From an uncultured Chloroflexia bacterium (GTDB lineage: Bacteria; Chloroflexota; Limnocylindria; Limnocylindrales; CSP1-4), in the NCBI GenBank assembly GCA_963709605.1, contig CAVPWX010000013.1, positions 138,447-202,446 of the forward strand: a DNA stretch of 64,000 bases, written 5' to 3'. Made by a program: the position numbers and the translations under genes. The notes beneath the pieces are model-generated. The model saw nothing but the letters and a program-made list of their open reading frames with translations, searched no databases and was not told the origin of the DNA. Below, piece after piece: positions 18,472 through 28,008 of the stretch; the stretch's first letter is position 1, and each line of letters begins with the position of its first letter.

Positions 18472-19488
18472 ATGGATCGCTGGGACCTTCCCGGGGACGA
18501 CACCCATGCCGGCCGGAAGCGCGACCGGGTCGCCCGCTTCTTCCGGGTCGCGACCTACCTGTCGGCGCACCCGGACGGGGTGACCGCGGACGAGCTGGCG
18601 CGCTTCCTCGGCATGTCACGGCGGACCGCCTATCGCGACCTGCGGGCGCTCGAGGACGAGCTCGGGATGCCCGTCTGGGCCGAGGGGGGACGGTGGGGCC
18701 TCGCGAAGGAGGCGTTCCTGCCGGCCTTCCGCCTGACCCGCGGCGAGGCGATGGCCGTCTTCCTCGCGGCGCGCCTGATGGCCAAGTACGCCGACGCGTA
18801 CGACCCCGAGCTGGCGGCCGCCTTCCAGAAGCTCGGCGAGGCCCTCCCCGACGTCCTCGGCCGCCACGTCCATCGCACCCTCGACGTGATGGCCCGCCGG
18901 CCGCCGGACCCCGAGGGGACGCGGCGCCTCCACGTGCTCACCCAGGCGTGGGCCGAGCGGCGGGTGGTCGAGCTCACCTACGACGCCAGCACGTACGACC
19001 CGGCGCGCGAGCCCCGGCGGGCGCGGGTCCGGCCGTACCTCATCGAGCCGTCCACCGAGACGCACGCCCTCTACCTGATCGGGTTCGACGAGACGAAGGA
19101 CGCCGTCCGGACGTTCAAGCTCGAGCGGATCCGCTCGCTGGCGGTCACCGCCGACCGCTTCGACGCGCCCCCGGACGGCGTGATCGAGGAGGCGCTGGAG
19201 CGAGCCTGGGGGATCATCGCCGACCAGCAGCCGGTCGACGTCGTCCTGCGCTTCGGGCCGGCGGTCGCCCGGCGAGTCGCCGAGACGACGTGGCATCCTA
19301 CCCAGGTCACGGCCGGCGAGTCGGACGGCTCGCTGATGTGGCGGGCCACCGTTTCCGGGACGGTCGAGATCCGCGCCTGGATCCTCTCCTGGGGGCCGGA
19401 CGTCGAGGTCGTGGCGCCGGAGCCGCTGCGAGCCGAGGTCGCCGGGCTGCTGGAGACCGCCGCGGCCGGCTACCGCCGAAACGCCTGA
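18472..19488 (+). CDS. HTH-WYL domain transcriptional regulator (PafB/PafC-like architecture)
   Basis: N-terminal wHTH (ADELARFLGMSRRTAYRDLRALEDELGMPV) and a central WYL-type region (..HALYLIGFDETKDAVRTFKLERI..). Confidence 0.8.
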   Translation: MDRWDLPGDDTHAGRKRDRVARFFRVATYLSAHPDGVTADELARFLGMSRRTAYRDLRALEDELGMPVWAEGGRWGLAKEAFLPAFRLTRGEAMAVFLAARLMAKYADAYDPELAAAFQKLGEALPDVLGRHVHRTLDVMARRPPDPEGTRRLHVLTQAWAERRVVELTYDASTYDPAREPRRARVRPYLIEPSTETHALYLIGFDETKDAVRTFKLERIRSLAVTADRFDAPPDGVIEEALERAWGIIADQQPVDVVLRFGPAVARRVAETTWHPTQVTAGESDGSLMWRATVSGTVEIRAWILSWGPDVEVVAPEPLRAEVAGLLETAAAGYRRNA

Positions 19489-19574
19489 GCCCCGCCCGCC
19501 CTGCGGGCCGCCCGGCGAGGCCCACGCGCGATCCTCACGAGCCCCGATCCTCCGCGGCGGGTATCCTGTCGGCC

Positions 19575-20399
19575 ATGCCCTTCGCCGCGACGGTCGCGGG
19601 CACCGCCCGCCGCCCGGCCCTGGCCCTGATCCTCGGCCTGCTCGCCCTCCTCGGCGGGACGTCGTCGACCCCCGCGCCGGTCGCGGCCGCCACGAGCCCC
19701 GCGTCCATCGAGGCCTCGCTGCTGGCCTGGACCAACCGCGACCGGGCCGCCATCGGCCTGCGTCCGCTGCGGCTCGACGGCCGGCTCGCGGCCATCGCGG
19801 ACGAGCGGGCGGCGAACCTCGTCGCGGCCGCGTCCCTCAGTCACCAGGCGGCCGGTGCCAGCCTCTCCACCACGCTCGATCGGGCAGGGGTCCAGTGGTA
19901 CGCCTGGTCGGAGAACATCGGCTGGTGGGGCGGCGGCCCGACGCTCGCGGCGGCCTCCGCGCTCTACGGCGCATGGCGGGCGAGCGCTCACCACTGGGCC
20001 GCCCTGATGAGCCCCAGCCTGAACTACGTCGGCTTCGGGGTCGCCCACCGCCGCTCCGACGGCCGGCTGTTCGGCTGCACCGTCTTCACCGAATCGAGGG
20101 ACCGCACCGCGCCCCGCGCGAAGATGGAGACGGCCACGCGGGACGGGACGACCATCACCTTCACCTGGCGCGGCTGGGATCCCGTCCTCCAGTCGCACGG
20201 GGCTGGCCTGCGCGACTTCGACGTCTGGTACCGGGTCGACGCCGGCGCGTGGCGCCTGGTCCGCGACAACACGACGGCGACGAGCCTCCGCCTGACCGGG
20301 CGGGCCTCCGGGCACCGCTACTGGCTGGCCGTGCGCCCCCGGGACCGGGCCCTGAACGTCGGCCCACTGTCCAGCCCGATCTCCGCCTGGGTTCCCTGA
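19575..20399 (+). CDS. secreted CAP/SCP-domain protein with a C-terminal Fn3-like domain
   Basis: Signal peptide, then LLAWTNRDRAAIGLRPL...SENIGWW...HHWAALMSPSLNYVGFGVA, the CAP/SCP/PR1 pattern. ATG at 19575 is in frame with the longer track ORF. Confidence 0.75.
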   Translation: MPFAATVAGTARRPALALILGLLALLGGTSSTPAPVAAATSPASIEASLLAWTNRDRAAIGLRPLRLDGRLAAIADERAANLVAAASLSHQAAGASLSTTLDRAGVQWYAWSENIGWWGGGPTLAAASALYGAWRASAHHWAALMSPSLNYVGFGVAHRRSDGRLFGCTVFTESRDRTAPRAKMETATRDGTTITFTWRGWDPVLQSHGAGLRDFDVWYRVDAGAWRLVRDNTTATSLRLTGRASGHRYWLAVRPRDRALNVGPLSSPISAWVP

Positions 20400-20443
20400 C
20401 GCACGGCACTTCCCCTGCCGCGCCGGGCGGCCACAATGGGGCC

Positions 20444-21877
20444 ATGCGACCGGCCCGCTTTGCCGCCGTCAACCTCATCAGCGACCCGATCCACGGCTAC
20501 ATCGAGCTGACAAAGCGGCTCGCCCCGGCCGCGGCGCGCGCCGCCGGCTTCCCGGTCGAGGAGGCGGCCGAGGAGGACCTCCTCGACTCGACGTGGCTCC
20601 AGCGGCTGCGGCGCATCAGCCAGCTCCAGAGCGCCCGCTGGGTCTTCCCGACCGCCGAGCATTCGCGCTTCACGCACGGCCTCGGGGTCATGCACGAGGC
20701 CGGGCTGTGGAGCCGCCAGCTGTACCCGTCCCTCGCCGAGGCCCTCGCCGCGACGGATCCCGGGATGCGTCCGCCATCCGAAGGGCTCGTCGTCGAGACG
20801 CTTCGGGTGGCGGGCCTCCTCCACGACGTCGGCCATGGGCCGTTCGCCCACTTCTTCGACGACCACGTCCTGGCTGCCTTCCCGGCGCCCCCGGACCGGC
20901 GCCGTCCGGACGGGAAGCCGCTGACCCACGAGGACCTCTCCCAGCTCATCATCGAGCACGAGCTCGGGACGCTCATCACCCGGCTGCGGCGGGCCCCGGG
21001 GGACGGGATCCCGGCGCGCGACGCGTTCGCAGCCGGTGAGGCGATCGACCCGGCGTGGGTCGCCTACCTCGTCGCCAAGCCGCCGCTGGACGATCCGGGG
21101 ATGCCGCGCTGGATCCGCTGGCTCCAGCCGCTCTTCTCGGGCGTCTTCACGGTGGACAACCTGGACTACGTGCGGCGCGACGCCTACCTGACCGGCGTCT
21201 CCGCGGGGCCCGTCGACGCCGAGCGGCTGCGCCGCTACGCCTTCGTCTCCGAGCGCGGGTTGACCCTCTACGAGCCGGGGCTCGCGGCCCTCGAGATGTT
21301 CCTCACCGCCCGGCTCTTCATGTACCAGCAGGTCTACTTCCACCGGACGGTGCGCGGGATCGACCTGGACCTCGCCGAAGTCTTCGGCCTCTCCATCGTC
21401 GCGATCTTCGGCGAGGCGTCGCCGGCCGACGACCTGCGACGCTACGCCGACCTCGACGAGTACGCCCTCCTCCACCAGGCTGCCCGCTGGGCCCGGGGCG
21501 AGGACGTGACGCTCGCGCCGGCGCCCGGCAGCGGCCAGGTGACGCCCAACGTCGCCGGGATCTGGCGCCGCATCCTGCTCCGTCGCCCGCGCTGGCGCGC
21601 GGAGGCGGAGATCCGCGCCGAGTACGAATCCGGGCCGCCGCCCGCGGACGCCGTCGCCACGCTCGGGATCGCCGAGCCGGGGCGGGTGACGATCGACCTG
21701 GCGGTCGTCGACGCGCGGCCGGCGGGCGACGCCGCGGACGCGCTCCTCGCCGTCGCCGGTCGCGACGGGCGCCCGACGCGGCCGCTCGCGGAGGCGCTCG
21801 CCCGCCTTCCGGCCTACGCCCTCATCGGCCGGCGCTACGTGCGGACCGACGGCGAGGAAGGGCGCGGATCGCGCTAG
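20444..21877 (+). CDS. HD-domain (d)NTP triphosphohydrolase-like protein
   Basis: RFTHGLGVMH and LLHDVGHGPFAHFFD are the HD motifs of the dGTPase/SAMHD1-like family. In-frame ATG at 20444. Confidence 0.8.
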   Translation: MRPARFAAVNLISDPIHGYIELTKRLAPAAARAAGFPVEEAAEEDLLDSTWLQRLRRISQLQSARWVFPTAEHSRFTHGLGVMHEAGLWSRQLYPSLAEALAATDPGMRPPSEGLVVETLRVAGLLHDVGHGPFAHFFDDHVLAAFPAPPDRRRPDGKPLTHEDLSQLIIEHELGTLITRLRRAPGDGIPARDAFAAGEAIDPAWVAYLVAKPPLDDPGMPRWIRWLQPLFSGVFTVDNLDYVRRDAYLTGVSAGPVDAERLRRYAFVSERGLTLYEPGLAALEMFLTARLFMYQQVYFHRTVRGIDLDLAEVFGLSIVAIFGEASPADDLRRYADLDEYALLHQAARWARGEDVTLAPAPGSGQVTPNVAGIWRRILLRRPRWRAEAEIRAEYESGPPPADAVATLGIAEPGRVTIDLAVVDARPAGDAADALLAVAGRDGRPTRPLAEALARLPAYALIGRRYVRTDGEEGRGSR

Positions 21878-22886
21878 AAGTCGACCGCCCGGCGCGCGGT
21901 CGCCAGGACCTCGTCCGTGACGACGAGGTCGTTCGCCACCGAGTACCACAGCTTCTCGCGCGCGACGAACTCGGGCAGCGCCCAGAGGGCGGCGTCGATC
22001 TCCTCCCACGTGATCCCCAGGTCCTCCGGCCGATGCCGGACGCCGGCCGCCGCCACGATCTCGCGGGCCAGCTCCGGACGGTTGCCCTGGATGGCCGACA
22101 TGATGAGGACGCCGAGGCTGCCGATCTCGCCGTGCATGATCGTGTGCCCGTTGACGAACTCGAAGCAGTACGCGAAGAAGTGCTCCGAGCCCTCCTCGAA
22201 GCGGGCGTGGCCGTAGTCGTCGCACATCTTGCCGATGAGGCGGTGGAGCTCCATGAGGCCCCTGGAGCCCCTCGTCGGTGAGGTCGTGGATCGCCGGCGC
22301 CAGCTCCCGGAGCTGGGCGATGATCCTGGAGCGACTCCGCGGCCGCGAACTCGTCCCAGGCCGGATCGTGGCCCCGGGCCACGGCGTACTCCCAGTCCCA
22401 GCGCGCGGTGTGGCAGGTGAAGACGTCGCCGATCCCGCCCCGGAGGAGGTGGGCCGGCGCCTCGCGCATGAGGTCGAAGTCGACGAAGACCATCTCGGGG
22501 ATCGCGTCCGCGGAGTAGTGGACGCCGGTCTCGTCGCGGACGGCGACCATGTGGGTGAAGCAGGCGTTCACGCTGGGGAGGGAGGGCACCTGCCAGAGCG
22601 GCAGCGTCCGTCGCCAGTGCACCCACTTCGCCGCGTCCATGGCGCTCCCGCCCCCGATCCCGATGATCGGGCCGGCGGGCAGGTCCCGGACGAGCCCCTC
22701 CAGGTAGGGGCGCTCCAGGCTCTCGACCATGACCACGGCCGCCGGCTCGGCCCCGAAATCGCCGGCCAGGCTCGCCCACGGCTCCGGGTGCGCGATCACG
22801 ACCGGCGGCCCGTGCCGCTTCGCCAGCTCCGCGCCGAGCCCGCGGGCGACGCCTCGCCCGTACGTGGCGTTGAACAGCTCACCCAT
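21874..22886 (-). pseudogene. Fe-ADH_2 / glycerol-1-phosphate dehydrogenase-like oxidoreductase (paralog 1), two frame shifts within about 70 nt
   Basis: The N-terminal part (GIGGGSAMDAAKW...) sits in the 21822..22961 frame. A middle part (IAQLRELAPAIHDLTDEGLQG) sits in a third frame. The C-terminal part (LMELHRLIGKMCDDYGHARFEEGSEHFFAY...) sits in the 21874..22779 frame. Breaks are near 22322-22329 and 22259-22262 (CCCC). Its ATG overlaps the upstream ATPase stop. Confidence 0.7.
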
Positions 22887-23961
22887 GCTCGGGGCCTCCA
22901 ACCTCGACCCGGCGGCCGGTCTCGCGATCGAAGAAGACCATCCCGGCGGGATCGAATGCAACGTGAATGCCGTCGTCCGGCGCGTACCGCGCGATCCCGC
23001 CGACGCGGGCCGTCACCGTGCCGCCATCCCATTCCACCGTGACGTGGGTTGCCGGGCCGATCGGCTGGACGACGCGGACGCGGGCCGGGACCCCCTCGGC
23101 ACCGAGACGGACGTGCTCCGGGCGCATGCCGAGATCCACCGGCTCGCCGATCGCCAGGCCGGACGGCACCGGGAACGCGCCGGCGCCAAGCCGGTAGACC
23201 GGCGCGCCATCCTCTGCGCGGACGAGCTCGCCGACCAGGATGTCCATCTGCGGGCTCCCGATGAACCGGCCCACGTACCGCGAGGCGGGTCGCGCGTAGA
23301 CCTCCTCGGGCGTCCCGACCTGCTCGATGCGGCCCGCCCGGTAGACCGCGATGCGGTCGGAGATGGAGAGCGCCTCCTCCTGGTCGTGGGTCACGAAGAC
23401 GGAGGTCACGCCGAGGCGATGGTGGAGCTCCTTGATCTCGCCCCGCATCTTGATCCGGAGCGCGGCATCGAGGTTGCTGAACGGCTCGTCGAAGAGGAAG
23501 ACGGCCGGCTCCCGGATGACCGCCCGGCCCAGCGCGACCCGCTGCTGCTGCCCGCCGGAGAGCTCGCGCGGGAGCCGGTCGAGGAGCTGGCCCAGCTCGA
23601 GCATCTCGGCGACCCGGGCGACCCGCTCGCGGATCTCGTCCTTCGGGCGCTTCCGGAGGCGGAGCGTGAAGCCGATGTTCTCGCCGACGGTCATGTGCGG
23701 GTAGAGGGCGTAGTTCTGGAAGACCATGGCGACGTCCCGCTCGAACGGGCTCAGGTCGTTCACGACCCGGCCGCCCATCCGGATCTCGCCGGCCGACACC
23801 TCCTCGAGGCCGGCGATCATGTTCAGGGTGGTCGTCTTGCCGCAGCCCGACGGGCCGAGCAGGGTGACGAACTCGCCGTCGGCGATGTGAAGGTCGACCC
23901 CGTCGACCGCGGTGACCGCGCCGAAGCGCTTCGTGACCCCGACCAGCTGGACGTCTGCCAT
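22879..23961 (-). CDS. sugar ABC transporter ATP-binding protein (MalK/UgpC/MsmX type)
   Basis: [23 protein letters not shown] and a C-terminal TOBE-like regulatory domain. ATG at 23961. Confidence 0.9.
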   Translation of the reverse strand: MADVQLVGVTKRFGAVTAVDGVDLHIADGEFVTLLGPSGCGKTTTLNMIAGLEEVSAGEIRMGGRVVNDLSPFERDVAMVFQNYALYPHMTVGENIGFTLRLRKRPKDEIRERVARVAEMLELGQLLDRLPRELSGGQQQRVALGRAVIREPAVFLFDEPFSNLDAALRIKMRGEIKELHHRLGVTSVFVTHDQEEALSISDRIAVYRAGRIEQVGTPEEVYARPASRYVGRFIGSPQMDILVGELVRAEDGAPVYRLGAGAFPVPSGLAIGEPVDLGMRPEHVRLGAEGVPARVRVVQPIGPATHVTVEWDGGTVTARVGGIARYAPDDGIHVAFDPAGMVFFDRETGRRVEVGGPEHG

Positions 23962-24800
23962 CAGCCCTTGACCGCCCCCTCGACGAACCCCTGCAGGATG
24001 AAGCGCCGGAAGACGACGGCCAGGACGACCACGGGGATGCTGGCGAGCACCGCCGCCGCGAGCATCTGGCCGTAGAGGGTCTGGTACTGGCCCGCGAACT
24101 CCGCGATCGCGAGCGGCGCCGTCTTGATGTTGATGCGCGTGAGGATGTTGGCGAAGAAGAACTCGTTCCAGGCCTCGATGAAGGCGAACACCCCTGTCGC
24201 GAAGAGCGGCGGCAACGAGATCGGCAGGATGACGAGCCGGAAGATCTGGATGGTGCTCGCCCCGTCGACGGCGGCCGCGCGCTCGAGCTGCGGCGGGATC
24301 GCCTCGAAGAAGCCCTTCAGGATCCAGATGACGATCGGCAGCGTGAACGACAGGTAGGTCAGGACAAGGGCCGGGTACGTGTCGACCCAGCCGAGCTGGC
24401 TGAAGACGAGGAAGAGCGGGATCGCGATGACGATCCCCGGGAACATCTGGGTCGCGAGCACGCCGAGGAGGATCCGGTTGCCCCCGGGGACGCGCAGCCG
24501 GGCGAGCGCGTAGGCCGCCGCGGAGCCGAGGGAGAGGGACACGAACGCCGTCAGCGTGGCGACGATCGCCGAGTTCAGGAGCCCGCGCGTGAGGCTCCGG
24601 TCGGAGGCGAGCACGTCCGCGTAGTTGTCGAGGGTGAGCTGGGACGGGTCGAGGTCGGGCGGGACGTTCGTCAGCGCGCTCGTCGGGTAGAGGCTCGTCA
24701 CGACGCCCCAGACGATCGGGCCGAGGGCCAGCACGACGAACGCGGCCAGCCCCACGCGGATGCCCCACGTCGACAGCCGGCGGCGCGCCCGGGCGCTCAT
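23961..24800 (-). CDS. carbohydrate ABC transporter permease (MalG/UgpE-like)
   Basis: EAA loop (LERAAAVDGASTIQIFRLVILPIS). ATG at 24800. Confidence 0.85.
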   Translation of the reverse strand: MSARARRRLSTWGIRVGLAAFVVLALGPIVWGVVTSLYPTSALTNVPPDLDPSQLTLDNYADVLASDRSLTRGLLNSAIVATLTAFVSLSLGSAAAYALARLRVPGGNRILLGVLATQMFPGIVIAIPLFLVFSQLGWVDTYPALVLTYLSFTLPIVIWILKGFFEAIPPQLERAAAVDGASTIQIFRLVILPISLPPLFATGVFAFIEAWNEFFFANILTRINIKTAPLAIAEFAGQYQTLYGQMLAAAVLASIPVVVLAVVFRRFILQGFVEGAVKG

Positions 24801-25641
24801 GCCGTCACCGGTGCCCGGCGCCCGCGGTTCGGATCGAGCGTCCGGACGTAGGCGATCGCCAGCAGGAACATGAACACGAAGAGGACGTTCGCGATCGCGG
24901 CACCGTAGCCGAAGTCGAGGAAGTTGAACGTGACGCGCCAGGCCAGGAAGTTGAGGAGGACGGTCCCGTCGGACGGCCCGCCCTTCGTCAGGACGAAGAT
25001 GAGGTCGAAGACCTTGAGCGCCCAGATGCTCTGCAGGACGATCGAGATGAGGATCGGCGTCCGGAGGCCCGGCAGCGTCACGAACCGGAAGCGCTGCCAT
25101 GCCCCGGCGCCGTCGAGGCGGGCGGCGCGGTAGAGGTAGGACGGGATGTTCTGGAGCCCCGCGAGGAGGAGCAGGGCGATGAAGGGGATCGCCTTCCAGA
25201 TGTCGGCGACGAGGATCATGTTGAGGGCGAGGAACGGGTCCCCCAGCCAGACGACCTTCTCGTCGATCAGCCCGAGCTGCAGGAGGATCGCGTTGAGGAT
25301 CCCGTAGTTCGCGTTGTAGATCCACTTCCAGAGGACCGCGTTGGCGACGGGCGCCAGGGCCCACGGGACCAGGAGGATGACCCGGAACGCGGCGTTCCGG
25401 CCGGCCGGGTGGTTGAGCATGAGGGCGACGACGAGGCTCAGGCCGACGACGGCGACCACCTCGACGAGGGTGAAGTAGATCGAGTTGCGGAAGGCGATCG
25501 CGAATGCCGGGTCGGATGGCATCCGCGCGTAGTTGTCGAGGCCCACCCAGGCGAGGTCGAAGCCACCGGGCTCGGCGAGACCTCCGTGAAGGCGAGGACG
25601 ATCGAGGCGAGGATCGGGTAGGCGAGAACGGCGATCAGCAC
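24797..25641 (-). pseudogene. carbohydrate ABC transporter permease (MalF/UgpA-like), frame-shifted near 25560-25585 and lacking an obvious start
   Basis: TM1 (LIAVLAYPILASIVLAFTEVSP) is in the 25438..25641 frame and the rest (GFDLAWVGLDNYARM...) in the 24797..25546 frame. A typical N-terminus (RRRRTGIWLVAPALV) lies upstream of the first canonical start (GTG 25641). Confidence 0.75.
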
Positions 25642-25703
25642 GACGAGCGCCGGCGCGACGAGCCAGATGCCCGTCCGCCGGCGACGGCTCGCGTACGACG
25701 AGC

Positions 25704-25733
25704 GGGGGGCCGCGCCCCTGGGCGCGGCCCCCC
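25704..25733 (-). promoter_or_regulatory. perfect 13-bp GC stem-loop between the SBP and permease genes (intercistronic mRNA element)
   Basis: GGGGGGCCGCGCC (25704-25716), a 4-nt loop, then GGCGCGGCCCCCC (25721-25733). It lies 21 nt after the SBP stop on the transcribed strand. Confidence 0.45.
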
Positions 25734-25753
25734 GGCTGGTGCCGCTGATGGCG

Positions 25754-27073
25754 TCAGCCCCGGTTCTTGACGATCTCGGCGACGAGGTCCGACGCGCTCT
25801 TGATCGCGTCGGCGGCCGAGAGCTCCTTGCGGAGGGCCTTCTGGATCTCCGTCCCGATCGCCTGCGTGACCTCGTTGTAGTCCGGGGTCACGAAGCTGTC
25901 GTACGGGGCGTTGGCCTGCTCGAGCGTGACCTTGGCGTTGGCGGCCTTCTCCTGGACCTCGGGATCGTTGAGGATCGAGAGACGGATCGGCAGCCAGCCG
26001 GTGTCGAGCACCTGGCTCTTCTGGACTTCGGGGTCGAGGTAGAACTCGATCAGCTTGCGGGCATCCTCGGGGTTCGGCGAGAGCTTGGTGATCGTGTAGG
26101 CGTCCGTGCCGTCGATCGAGGCCGTGCCGGCGGGGCCGGCGGCGTTGATGGCGGCGCCGACCTTGCCGGCGATCTTGCTGGTCTCGGGGTCGTTGGCCGG
26201 CTTCCACATGAACGGCCAGTTCAGCATCATCGCGGCGTTGCCGGCCGAGAAGACGTTGGTCGCATCGTTGATGCCGACGTAGCTGATCGACCCCGGGTCG
26301 GTCGACTCCATGAGATCGACCATGAGCTGGAGGGAGTCGACGCCGGCCGGGTTGTCGAAATCCGGCGATCCGTCGGCCGCGTACAGCTTCCCGCCGGCCT
26401 GCTGGAGGTAGACCATCCAGTACGAGGCGACGCCGCCGATCCCCTCGGGAGCGCCGTAGTTGAGGACCCAGCCGTACTTGCCGTCCTTGGTGAAGTCCTT
26501 GGCCATCCGCTTGAGCTCGTCCCAGTCCTTGGGCGGCTCCGCGATGCCGGCGGCCTCGAACATCTCCATGTTGTAGAACGTCGTCAGGAGCGAGAGGGTG
26601 AAGACCACGCCCAGCTTCTTCTCGTCCCAGGTGACGGTCGAGAAGCTCGAGGCCGGGAGATCGTCGATGAGCTCCTTCGGGAGCTTGTCGACGAAGTCCA
26701 CGAGGTACTCGGAGAACTCGGGAACCCAGCCCGACATGTAGACGACGTCGTGGACGTACTTGCCCGAGGCGAAGTTGGCCGCCATCTTGTCGTGGAGCTG
26801 CGGCCAGGGCGGCGCCTCGTAGACGACCTTGGCGTTGTCCTCCTGCCACTTCGTGAAGCGATCCGTGACCGACTGCGAGAACGCGCCCACCCCGGGCGGT
26901 GCCGGGTCGGGAGCCGCCGGCACGAGCACGTTGAGGGTCTTGTCACCCCCGCCGCCGCAGGCCGCGAGGAGCGTCGGGAGGCCCCCGACCATGGCGACGC
27001 CGGCCCCGGCCGCCGCGCTCCGCTGCAGGAAGGACCGCCGCGACAGGCCGCGCGGTGCCCGCTGGGTTTCCAT
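25754..27073 (-). CDS. carbohydrate ABC transporter substrate-binding protein (Tat signal, lipobox)
   Basis: METQRAPRGLSRRSFLQ...LLAACGG, followed by a family-1 SBP body. ATG at 27073. Confidence 0.9.
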   Translation of the reverse strand: METQRAPRGLSRRSFLQRSAAAGAGVAMVGGLPTLLAACGGGGDKTLNVLVPAAPDPAPPGVGAFSQSVTDRFTKWQEDNAKVVYEAPPWPQLHDKMAANFASGKYVHDVVYMSGWVPEFSEYLVDFVDKLPKELIDDLPASSFSTVTWDEKKLGVVFTLSLLTTFYNMEMFEAAGIAEPPKDWDELKRMAKDFTKDGKYGWVLNYGAPEGIGGVASYWMVYLQQAGGKLYAADGSPDFDNPAGVDSLQLMVDLMESTDPGSISYVGINDATNVFSAGNAAMMLNWPFMWKPANDPETSKIAGKVGAAINAAGPAGTASIDGTDAYTITKLSPNPEDARKLIEFYLDPEVQKSQVLDTGWLPIRLSILNDPEVQEKAANAKVTLEQANAPYDSFVTPDYNEVTQAIGTEIQKALRKELSAADAIKSASDLVAEIVKNRG

Positions 27074-27087
27074 GCGCTGCTCCTCCT

Positions 27088-27894
27088 CTAGGACTCGGTC
27101 CTCTGCGACCCCACCGGCCCGGTGCCGGTCTCGGCGGGTGACGCGATCATCACGCGCAGTCCCCGCTCCTCGAGGGCGGCGCGCATCGCAGGCCGGAGCC
27201 GCTCGTCGGTCACGAGCGTCCCGACCTGGTCGAACCCGAACATGAACCCCGGCGCCACGCGGTCGAGCTTCGACGCGTCCGCCAGGACGATGCACTCGCG
27301 AGCCATCCCGCGCAGCGCGCGGTCCGTCTGGATCTCGCCGACGTCCTCGGTCATGAACCCGTGCGCGAGGTCGATGGCGCTGACCCCCATGAAGGCGTAG
27401 TCGGCCCGCAGGTCGCGGGCGGCGAGATCGGCCAGGTGGCCGACCAGGCTGCGCCGCCGTGGCAGGAGGATGCCGCCGAGGACGACGACTTCGATGGCAG
27501 GCTCGTCGGCGAGTGCGGTGACCACGTCGATCGCGTTCGTGATCACGGTCAGGCGACGGCCGCGCAACCGGTGGGCCAGCTCCAGGACCGTCGAGCCGCT
27601 GGAAAGCACGACGGTCGCGCCGTCGGGGACGAGGCTCGCCGCGGCGCGCCCGATGTCCCGCTTCGCCTGGGCGCCCGGTTGCATCCCGGCCGCCGACACG
27701 AAAGGGCGCTCGCCGGCGAGGACGGCGCCCCCGTAGGTGCGGATCACGCGGCCGGTGCGCGAGAGCCGGCGTAGGCTGCGGCGAACCGTGGCCTCGCCCA
27801 CATCGAGGGAGCCTGCAAGCTCCGTGACGGAGCGGGCGCCTCGCGCGCGCAGGAGGTCGAGGAGGCGATCGTCGACGGGCAGCTGGCTCGGCAC
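27088..27894 (-). CDS. DeoR-family transcriptional regulator
   Basis: N-terminal HTH (LLDLLRARGARSVTELAGSLDVGEATVRRSLRRL) and a DeoR C-terminal sugar-phosphate sensor domain. GTG at 27894 is in frame. Confidence 0.85.
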   Translation of the reverse strand: MPSQLPVDDRLLDLLRARGARSVTELAGSLDVGEATVRRSLRRLSRTGRVIRTYGGAVLAGERPFVSAAGMQPGAQAKRDIGRAAASLVPDGATVVLSSGSTVLELAHRLRGRRLTVITNAIDVVTALADEPAIEVVVLGGILLPRRRSLVGHLADLAARDLRADYAFMGVSAIDLAHGFMTEDVGEIQTDRALRGMARECIVLADASKLDRVAPGFMFGFDQVGTLVTDERLRPAMRAALEERGLRVMIASPAETGTGPVGSQRTES

Positions 27895-28008
27895 GAGCGG
27901 ATTGTGCGCAGTCGTGATCGGACTGTCAATCGGATTGGCAGGGACTGAGTGTCTGGCGTAGACTCTCAACGCTCGATGTGACCTTCTCGTGACTGGAGGC
28001 GATCGAAC

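Noticed and set aside
25704-25733. The GC hairpin as a rho-independent terminator.
   Set aside because: There is no U-tract on the transcribed strand, and the downstream permease genes need read-through. It was kept only as an intercistronic stem-loop.
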